Of a DNA stretch of 64,000 bases, positions 20,439 to 29,100 are shown piece by piece; the stretch's first letter is position 1, and every line of letters starts with the position of its first letter. The translations under genes were made by a program, and so were the position numbers. Source of the DNA: Lachnospiraceae bacterium (GTDB lineage Bacteria; Bacillota; Clostridia; Lachnospirales; Lachnospiraceae); NCBI GenBank assembly GCA_017436865.1, contig JAFSCH010000053.1:842-64841 (forward strand), given 5' to 3'. The notes beneath the pieces were generated by a model that did not search any database, was not told the DNA's origin, and was given only the letters and a program-made list of their open reading frames with translations.

Positions 20439-21189
20439 TAAAATCCTCCTCTTTTGACTGCCCTTGCATCTCTTTGTTATCCTTCATATCTACAATCTTA
20501 CCATCCTTAATACGAATAATCTTATCCGCAAAGCTGGCAAGATAATTATCATGTGTTACCATAATCAGTGTCTGATTATGCTCACGTACTACATTTTGCA
20601 TCAAATTCATAATTTCCTGCGATGTATTTGAATCCAAATTACCAGTAGGTTCATCTGCAAAAATAATCTCTGGTTTTACAACCAATGCCCTTGCAACACC
20701 TACTCTTTGCTGCTGACCGCCCGACATCTGATTAGGTCTATGATCCCAATATTTATCAAGTCCTACCAAATGTATCATTTTTTTTGCTCGTTTCATACGT
20801 TCCCTCTTGGATACTCCTTGAAACGTAAGTGGCAATGCCACATTTTCCACTGCATTCATTGTTCCCATCAGATTAAAGGACTGAAAAATAAAACCTATGT
20901 GCTCTCTCCGAAACTTTACTAATTGATTCTCTGATTTTTTTTCCATGTGCTCACCGGCAATTACAATCTCTCCCTTTGTCGGTTTCTCCAGTCCCGCAAG
21001 CATATTCAACAGAGTAGATTTTCCTGAACCTGACGTACCTACAATAGCACAAAACTCTCCTTTGTTGATTGTGAAACTTACTCCATTTAAAGCCTTTACT
21101 CTGTTATCACCTATTCGGTATATCTTATATAAATCTTTCACAGTAATGACTGCTGTTTCTTTCTTCTCATCGTTCATGTTAAGATACAT
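20425..21189 (-). CDS. ABC transporter ATP-binding protein (LolD/MacB type)
   Basis: GTSGSGKST, MSGGQQQR, ADEPTGNLD, MVTH. Confidence 0.95.
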   Translation of the reverse strand: MYLNMNDEKKETAVITVKDLYKIYRIGDNRVKALNGVSFTINKGEFCAIVGTSGSGKSTLLNMLAGLEKPTKGEIVIAGEHMEKKSENQLVKFRREHIGFIFQSFNLMGTMNAVENVALPLTFQGVSKRERMKRAKKMIHLVGLDKYWDHRPNQMSGGQQQRVGVARALVVKPEIIFADEPTGNLDSNTSQEIMNLMQNVVREHNQTLIMVTHDNYLASFADKIIRIKDGKIVDMKDNKEMQGQSKEEDFNEET

Positions 21190-21339
21190 ATCCTTTCATG
21201 TTCTAAACTGTATTAGTTCCATTAATACACCTCTAAAACATTTTAACAGATGTTATGTAAAGTTACAACCTTCTAACCAAAAGATGTTGTACAAAACAAA
21301 AAACAAGCCAGCACTTATATGCCAACTTGTTTCTTGATC

Positions 21340-22269
21340 TTAATATTCATAATCCATATATTCCGTATCCTTACGAAGCTTGCTCGTAATCATACTTCTA
21401 TAATCTTTTTCATCATAAGACAGATACTTAATCCCTTTTCGGATATTTCCCATTTTCTCTCTTACTTCAGCACTTAAACTGTTTGGAATCTCACATTCCA
21501 CAACCTTCATATTTCCCACCTGCGTCACAGGAGCATACGCAAATTCGCTAAATTCTGTATAATAGGTATTCATTTTCGTATACTCAGAACCATCTATATC
21601 TCCTATGTACATATCTGCTGATTTATCATAACCAACCTTAAATTGAAATATTGCTACTTGTCCCCACAACTCTGTTTTATCAGCTAACGTATATTCAATG
21701 GTTCTTCCTCCACCAACGCTATCCGAAGCCTTACTTGTATATTTTAAGGAAATGTCATTTTTCACTTCATCTGCATATAACATTTTAAATGACACAGCTG
21801 TCACTTCATCAATTACAGCAAACAGAATAACTTTCTTTCCAATATAGCTGTTGAAAATATCTTTTTTAATTTTCTTTTCATTATTCAGTTTCATATATTC
21901 AAACTGATAGCCTAACTCATCTGCTGTCTGCTTTGCATAAAACGCCTGTTTATCTGCCTCCGAAACAATGCCAATATTTCCTGCAGTTGTGAGGCTGTCC
22001 ATCTTACAATAAGCAATTACACCAATGTTAATACGATACCAACCATTCGTATAGGCACCAATAACACGTACCGGTATATTTGCGCCAATTGTAGTCAACA
22101 CTGTGGAAGTATATGTAGGTTCCGCATATACAACACAGCCCTCTTTTGTATAGTAGACATCATTCATTTGAGAATAGGTCGTTCCTTTGGCAAAAGCAGT
22201 AACACCTGGTTGCAAAGCCCCTATCAAAATACATATGATACTTAAAAAAAGTACAATTCTTTTTTTCAT
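21340..22269 (-). CDS. secreted protein with SH3b-like N-terminal domain
   Basis: Signal peptide ending AFA; VYAEPTYTSTVLTTIGANIPVRVIGAYTNGWYRI resembles bacterial SH3; RBS AGAAAGG. Confidence 0.7.
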   Translation of the reverse strand: MKKRIVLFLSIICILIGALQPGVTAFAKGTTYSQMNDVYYTKEGCVVYAEPTYTSTVLTTIGANIPVRVIGAYTNGWYRINIGVIAYCKMDSLTTAGNIGIVSEADKQAFYAKQTADELGYQFEYMKLNNEKKIKKDIFNSYIGKKVILFAVIDEVTAVSFKMLYADEVKNDISLKYTSKASDSVGGGRTIEYTLADKTELWGQVAIFQFKVGYDKSADMYIGDIDGSEYTKMNTYYTEFSEFAYAPVTQVGNMKVVECEIPNSLSAEVREKMGNIRKGIKYLSYDEKDYRSMITSKLRKDTEYMDYEY

Positions 22270-22302
22270 ATTCCGTCCAACCTTTCTATACTTCCTAAGC
22301 CC

Positions 22303-22509
22303 TTACACATGTGTGCCGTGTCCATTGTCATCATAATAAGACCTTCTATTACGCCTATTTCCAGTGAAATCACGAAATGCCACAATTCGTCCTTTCAAAT
22401 CCGGATGATTCTGAACTCCAGAATCCAACACAGCAACACAAACACCTTTTCCCGTATATGCCACCCCTGTTTTATTGTCGTATTCTATTACCATTCTTGC
22501 TCTATTCAC
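22303..22509 (-). CDS. 5' part of split S8 (AprX-like) serine protease
   Basis: GKGVCVAVLDSG (catalytic Asp), HPDL, YDDNGHGTHV (catalytic His), then TAA formed at the element junction; RBS AAGGGG, GTG start. Confidence 0.92.
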   Translation of the reverse strand: MNRARMVIEYDNKTGVAYTGKGVCVAVLDSGVQNHPDLKGRIVAFRDFTGNRRNRRSYYDDNGHGTHV

Positions 22510-22648
22510 TTTTTCCCCTTAAGCTTTTCATTATAATTATTCAGCACCTTTACCATGAATAATTACCGTCAGCTTTCACTATCTACTTATCAATAGTATA
22601 TGAGAAAACAAATATTCAGATAGTATTTCGACTTATTTCTCTCAAAAA

Positions 22649-24178
22649 TTAATAAGAATTTATAACTGTTTCCTTCGGAAAGGAATCTTCGAAGTAAGAA
22701 CAGCTTTTATTTACGGTAACTTCTTTTATTTTCGTTCCCGCAAATGCTGCCGCCCGTATGCTAAGTGTATTCTTTGGAATAGAAACATCAGCAAGTGCAG
22801 TACATCCATTAAACGCCTCAGCCCCTATACTGATTATGGTAGATGGAAGCACTACGGAATCCAACGCCGTACACCCATTAAATGCACTATCCCCTATGGA
22901 AGTAACTCCTTTTTTTATTGACAGTGCATTCAATTTGGTACATCCAGAAAATGCCATCGCTTCAATCGTCTCAACATTAGCTGGTATAGATACCGACTCA
23001 AGAGACACACAATTCTCAAATGCATTCTCACCAATCAATTCCACATTAGCAGAAATTTTACAGTTAACCAGTGCTGCATTTTCCATAAAGGCTTCCTTAG
23101 GTATTTTTGTCAAAGCCGCTGACAGCTTTAATGTTTCAGCTTTAAGGCACCCTTTAAAGCAAAGCTCGCCGATTTCACTCACACTATTACCCATTTTAAT
23201 GCTTGCTGCTTGTGCACATCCTTCAAATGCACTCTTACCAATCGTTGTTACCTCACCCGGTATCACAATCTTATCAAGAGTTGTACATTCAAAAAATGCT
23301 TTTTCTCCTATTTTAATCAATTCTTCCGGTAATGAAACTTTTTGCAGTTTAGAACATCCCGCAAAAGCTGACACACCAATTTCACTTACGCCATCAGGTA
23401 TTGATACTCTTGTCATAGAATTACACCCATTGAACGTCTTTTCCTCAATTTTGGTAACACCTTCCGGAACGGACATCATAACTAGATTTGTGCATCCATC
23501 AAATGCACCTTTTCCTAGACTTGTCAGACTTTCCGGCATAAATACTTCTACAAGATTAGCGTTTCCTTTAAATACATTCTCTCCCATGGTTGTTACCGAA
23601 TTAGGTATTTCCACTCTAATCAGTTTCTTGGCATTACCAAACGCTGACGCTTCGAGTTCTGTCACCGGTTGCTCATCAATCATATCAGGAATAATTAAAT
23701 CTGTTTTTTTACCTAAATATTTTGTTATTGCTACATGATCCGAATATAATTTGTATTCATATTCATTATTTTTCTTAGATTCCGAGGCTTGTGCTTCCTC
23801 TGTAGCCTGTTCCTCTGTCTCTTCAGATTGTGTGCTTGATTCAGGCATAAATAGTTCATTTTCATCATTACGCTCTGCATCTACATAATCACTCTTGTTC
23901 ACTTCTTCCGTATAAGTAAAGATTATCTCTTCTTCGGTTTCTTCCTCTTCTGAATCTGGAATTATCTTCTCCTCTTCCCACTCATCACCATAAACCAATG
24001 CATATAATTCATCACTACTCATAGAATACTGAGGCGAAGTCTCCGAAGCTTCTTCCATCTCCACCGTCTGCTCAGGCGAAAAATCAATTACACCCGCTTT
24101 ATTCAGATACATTGCCAGAAGAACACCAAAAGCAAGCGCACATCCTGCTATCATTCCCCAAAACGCTTTTTCCATCAC
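22649..24178 (-). CDS. BspA/TpLRR-type leucine-rich-repeat surface protein
   Basis: N-terminal TM, acidic linker, many ~23-aa repeats IPxxVxxIGxxAFxGCxxL. Confidence 0.9.
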   Translation of the reverse strand: MMEKAFWGMIAGCALAFGVLLAMYLNKAGVIDFSPEQTVEMEEASETSPQYSMSSDELYALVYGDEWEEEKIIPDSEEEETEEEIIFTYTEEVNKSDYVDAERNDENELFMPESSTQSEETEEQATEEAQASESKKNNEYEYKLYSDHVAITKYLGKKTDLIIPDMIDEQPVTELEASAFGNAKKLIRVEIPNSVTTMGENVFKGNANLVEVFMPESLTSLGKGAFDGCTNLVMMSVPEGVTKIEEKTFNGCNSMTRVSIPDGVSEIGVSAFAGCSKLQKVSLPEELIKIGEKAFFECTTLDKIVIPGEVTTIGKSAFEGCAQAASIKMGNSVSEIGELCFKGCLKAETLKLSAALTKIPKEAFMENAALVNCKISANVELIGENAFENCVSLESVSIPANVETIEAMAFSGCTKLNALSIKKGVTSIGDSAFNGCTALDSVVLPSTIISIGAEAFNGCTALADVSIPKNTLSIRAAAFAGTKIKEVTVNKSCSYFEDSFPKETVINSY

Positions 24179-24203
24179 GTCATCTCCAATATGTTCACTG
24201 TAA

Positions 24204-26117
24204 CTAGTTACTCTTTAGACTTTCCTCATCTACCTGCGTGCCATAAAAAGCACCACGAATAATCGTTTTAACGCCTTTACAGCCCTTCACCGTCTTTAGC
24301 ATTTTACAATCGCGAAATGCCTCTGCATTAATTTTTGTCACACTATCCGGAATCGTAACTTCCATCAATTCCCCATGCCCTTTAAAGGCTTCTGAACCAA
24401 TCTGCTTTACATGCGTTGGTATCTCTACCTTGCTTCCTGTTCCTCTGTAAGCAAGTAGTATTCCATCACCTACAACAAGAAAATCACTTCCATCACCTGA
24501 TTCTTCACCACTTAACCAATTTTTCAACCATGGCGTATCTGCAAAAGCTTTTGTTTCAATGTCAGTAACCTTATCTGAAATCGTTACCTCTTTCAAATCT
24601 TCACAGGCATAGAAAGCACCATATCCTATTGTTCTCACACAATCCGGTATCTTTATAGTAGTTAGACCACTTCTTGCAAAGCTAAGTCGTCCTATTTCTT
24701 TTATTGTCTCACTTATTTCATATTTCGTCAAACTTTTCTGTTTGTAATATTTTCTTTCTTCAATATTCTGACTATCTTCTATACTTTTATCTGTTTCGTT
24801 TTTACCTTGTTCTTCTTTGGTATTTTGTTCCTCCGAGCTCTCTTCTTTAAGATCCTCTTCTGCCGTTTCTGATTCTGCTATTTCTTCTGTACTTTCTTCC
24901 TTTACAGACTCAACTTCTGTGCTTGCTTCATCTACTGCGCCTTCTGTTACTTGACTAGCAGGCTTTCCATATACTTTTTGATTGTTCTCACCAATCAGAA
25001 CAACAGCATTACCATTTGCAATAATTGTCTTACCGATAACACCTTCTTCTTGACTATCTAACGGATGCTCATAGCTACCTACATCCTCAGACATCTCTGT
25101 AGAGTCCTCTTCTTCTATTTTTTCATCATCCTTTGATGTTACATGCTGCTTTTTTGTTACCGCAACAGTCTTACTCGGCTTCTCCTCCAAATTCACATTA
25201 CTATCTACAAAATCTGTTGGATATTCTGCCTCATAAATAACCGCTATCTTTTTTGCTTTACCATAGTTGTCTGCTTCACTATCTTTTTCTACTAGAAGCT
25301 TTACATTTTGACAACTCGAAAAGGCTTTCTCATGAATTTCGGTCGTATGATTATAAATAGCAACTTGTTTCAAAGAATTGTTATTTGCGAATGCTTTTTC
25401 TTCCAAAGTTGTAATCTCTGTAGAAAGTACGACATTCTCCACACTTCCCATATTGCTCATGGAAAAGGACGGAATCTTTGTCACATTCTCAGATATCATT
25501 ACATTTTTTACATTCTGCATATTCCAGAATGCATAAGTATCAATTTCTTCGACCTCCTCCGGCATAACATAATTTTCTCCCTCTCTGCCAGCAAGAACCT
25601 GATACAAAAAGCTCATATCTCCGTTATATAAAGCGCCATTATAATATGTCAAATATAAATTTTCTTCATCCAGAATCAACTTACTCAGTGCCGTACAATC
25701 ATTAAAAACACCTGAACCCCACGAACTTACCTGACTACCAATCTCTACTATACTCAATGACGTACATCCTTGAAAAGCTCCAGGTCCTACCTTGGTTACC
25801 GATTCAGGTAATAACACATCATCCAGTGCTGTACAACCAGCAAAAGCATTATGTTCAATTGTTTCCAGATTTTTCGGTAGCTCCACACTTTGTAAGGTCG
25901 TATTCTTTGCAAATGCGCCCTTCCCAATTGATGTAACATAATCGGGAATACTGACAAAGGTGTCGTTTCCAAGATATGCAGTTAATGTAGAACCATTTAT
26001 TCTGAAATTCCCATCTTCTTTTGCAAATACATATTTTCCCATGTATTTCATACCGCAGGAGCCAATTAAGGCTCCTGCAATAAACACTGCAATCACAATT
26101 GCTGTTTTTTTCTTCAT
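24204..26117 (-). CDS. BspA/TpLRR-type leucine-rich-repeat surface protein
   Basis: Signal peptide, two LRR blocks separated by an acidic linker. Confidence 0.9.
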   Translation of the reverse strand: MKKKTAIVIAVFIAGALIGSCGMKYMGKYVFAKEDGNFRINGSTLTAYLGNDTFVSIPDYVTSIGKGAFAKNTTLQSVELPKNLETIEHNAFAGCTALDDVLLPESVTKVGPGAFQGCTSLSIVEIGSQVSSWGSGVFNDCTALSKLILDEENLYLTYYNGALYNGDMSFLYQVLAGREGENYVMPEEVEEIDTYAFWNMQNVKNVMISENVTKIPSFSMSNMGSVENVVLSTEITTLEEKAFANNNSLKQVAIYNHTTEIHEKAFSSCQNVKLLVEKDSEADNYGKAKKIAVIYEAEYPTDFVDSNVNLEEKPSKTVAVTKKQHVTSKDDEKIEEEDSTEMSEDVGSYEHPLDSQEEGVIGKTIIANGNAVVLIGENNQKVYGKPASQVTEGAVDEASTEVESVKEESTEEIAESETAEEDLKEESSEEQNTKEEQGKNETDKSIEDSQNIEERKYYKQKSLTKYEISETIKEIGRLSFARSGLTTIKIPDCVRTIGYGAFYACEDLKEVTISDKVTDIETKAFADTPWLKNWLSGEESGDGSDFLVVGDGILLAYRGTGSKVEIPTHVKQIGSEAFKGHGELMEVTIPDSVTKINAEAFRDCKMLKTVKGCKGVKTIIRGAFYGTQVDEESLKSN

Positions 26118-26162
26118 ATCAGTACTCCAATCTTAATTGCGTATTCCTATCAAACAGTTACA

Positions 26163-29100
26163 TTATGCCATCTTAATCTTCTTTTTCTTGTCCCCTGTTG
26201 TAAAAAGAATTACTGAGAGACAAGCCATACCCATTGCCAGGAACCACTTTGGATGAATAGGGTCACCTGTCTTTGGTGTAGCATCAAGCATCTGTCCTGC
26301 CACAAGATTATTTGTATCCACATACACTACATAAGGTGAAAAATGAGGTGCTACAAATGACATACACGCAATTCCATCAATTGTTGTAAATCGAACATTT
26401 AAATCCTCAATCTGCCCATTTTCAATAGCAGCTACACGAACATTTCCTCCATATTGAATCAATTCATCAGGAATTGGAAGTGTTACATTAACATCTAATC
26501 CTGTTGTATCCGTAATCATATTCTTACCTGTTACATCATACAAGGAAATATCCATTGGGAAGTACAAAATACCATCAAGACTTCCATATTTATTCTTTAA
26601 TGCTTCTTCTGCTTGTGTTACTGCTTCTGTCGAATCGGTTACCTTTACAACAAAGTTATCAGCTGCTCCCTCTACCTGGGTAGATGCTACACTTGTATTA
26701 GAAATACCTCCCTTGTTAATGGTAATATTATCACCTGTTGTTGTTGTAGTGGTTGCATTTGTTACTGTTCCCGTTGTCGTTGTTACTGTAGCATTATTTG
26801 TTCCTGTTGTAACAGTAGTTGTCGTAGATGTCGGTTTTCTCTTATTCAAAGCTTCTAATTCACTATCATCGTCATCATCCGCTGTTCTGGTCTTGTAGTT
26901 AGCGGTTACTGTTACTGCTGCGGCCGGCATGACAAAGCTTGTACTTGCTGAATTCGCATTTGCAAAACCAATACTAGTGTTTGTACTAGTCCAACGAGAA
27001 AATTCTTTATTACTTGATGATGCTGCATATGCATTAATTGTTACAACATCTCCAGCCTTATAATCTCCTGAACCCGAACCATAGTTAACAGTTACCTTAT
27101 ATTTAGTTTCTGTACCAGTTCCACTACCTGTTCCTGAACCATTTCCTGAACCACCATTGCCCGTTCCATTTCCATTTTCTGCAGTCGTAAAATGTGCCAC
27201 AATCTCTATATCCATATTATCCATGATAAATGATGTTTTTGCAGAATGTATATCTCCTAATAAATGAGAACAATCAACCGTTTCTGTTGTGCCATCTGCA
27301 TTCTTTTTACTTCCTACAGCCGTCCAATACTGGAATGGCTTTCCAGAACTTTCATCTGCTACCAAATACACTGGTGTTCCACCCATTATAGAATCAAAGT
27401 TCGAATTCCCATTCATGTCCTTTCCACCAGTAATTTTCAGCTTATATGGATTTCCATCTGAAACAACACCGAAGCCGATATCATACTTAGCCACCAATCT
27501 TCTATTCTCATGAACATTTTGATACGCCTCAGCACCAGTTACAATCTTCTCATTACCCTTTTCATCTGTTGTCTTCCACTCCCAGCCAACAAACTTAAAT
27601 CCTACTTTTTCCGGTGCCTCAGGTGGTGTAACAGAACCACCCTCATCAACACTTAATGTAGCAATTGTTGCTCCTTCACTAACAAAGGTAATAAAATAAC
27701 CAATTTCATGGAAATTCTTTTCTAAGCCATTTTCTTTACAGTAAATATAAATATCACTATCTTCTGTATTCGCATCATCCTTATAACGATATCCATAAAT
27801 ATCTCCCTTATAATTATCGCCAAAGGAGTTATTAATTACACAATCACGACTATATATCCATACATCCGTTGTTGTTTCATCAAATGCATCTATGCCTATG
27901 TATTTTACAGTTTCCGGCAACATAACAGAATTCAATGCACTTGATGCTTTAAAGCAATTGTCGGGAATCTTTGCAATCTTTGAGGCAGTCAAATCAACTC
28001 CTGTAATAGAATCACAATACGCAAATGCTTCTTCCTCAACCGCACCTACCTTAGAAAGATTTTCATCTTCTTTGTCATTAATGGAACTTGCAATTACCAT
28101 ATTCGTTCCTCTTGCCTCTAGACATTCAACAATTCTGTAAGGTGCTTCTTCATTAACTTCTTCTCCTGTGTCTGTCGCTATATCAGCTGTATTTTCATAA
28201 ATAATCGCATTTTCTGAGAAGAAACGACTGTTTCCAACAATACCTGTAAGCTTTGAACACCCTCTAAATGGTGCCTTGCCCATATCATACATTTTGTCAC
28301 CTATTGATACACTTAACAGATTTTCACAACTGCGGAAAGCATAATCTGGTAATACCTTCGAAGAACCTAGCCCCACATCTGTCAGCAAATCATTGCCTTC
28401 TGTTTCCAACTCTGCATATGGCTGACCATTCAAATCACTATTTCCTGAAAATGTAAATTTATTGCCGATAAAACTTTCCCCATTCTTATCATCATAGAAA
28501 TAACCACTGAATAAGCCTGCCGTAGCAGTATCAGATGCATATCCACGAGACTTATTTGCCGTATAGCCATCTTCTGAATACAGCCTTACTACATCATTAT
28601 AGTCTGTACCCTCATTAATCTGCCTTTTTATCGTTTTAGCTTCAATATAAGGAGATTTTTCCACTCGTTCATATACTCTTGTTAAATAATCAAAGTTATC
28701 AGCATTACCATTGGAGCCGGAATTATTTTCAAAATATTCCTTTCCATCAACCGATGTAACACCATCCGGTATCTGAATAGACAAAGTACTTAATACCAGC
28801 TGTGTTTCCATATCTGTCAGTATTTCTCCGTCATAAGCAGGATCATTAATCCATCCCTGCGCATCTTCGAACTTGTCAATGATACTATAATCATTAATCC
28901 CGGTAGAAATTTCCATTTTCTTTACATATTCCTCATTCATCAAATCAATCTCATTGTAATGAGGATAGTCTACCAGTGTTCTTGCATCATCGGCATTGTC
29001 TCGAATAACCATCAAATTAGATGGTGCCGGAGTCTTATAGCATATATTTCTTCCTGATTTCAATATCTGATTATTTCTATCCATAGCATATTCAAACGGA

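Larger units (their letters stand above)
16253..22315. mobile_element. 6,052-bp gene-intervening element with serine recombinase (skin-like)
   Basis: Direct repeat ACACATGTGTG at 16253-16263 and 22305-22315; the recombinase gene ends 9 bp from one junction; excision rejoins the protease halves in frame. Confidence 0.9.

Noticed and set aside
22758-23738. 326-aa plus-strand ORF
   Set aside because: Antisense shadow of the repetitive LRR gene
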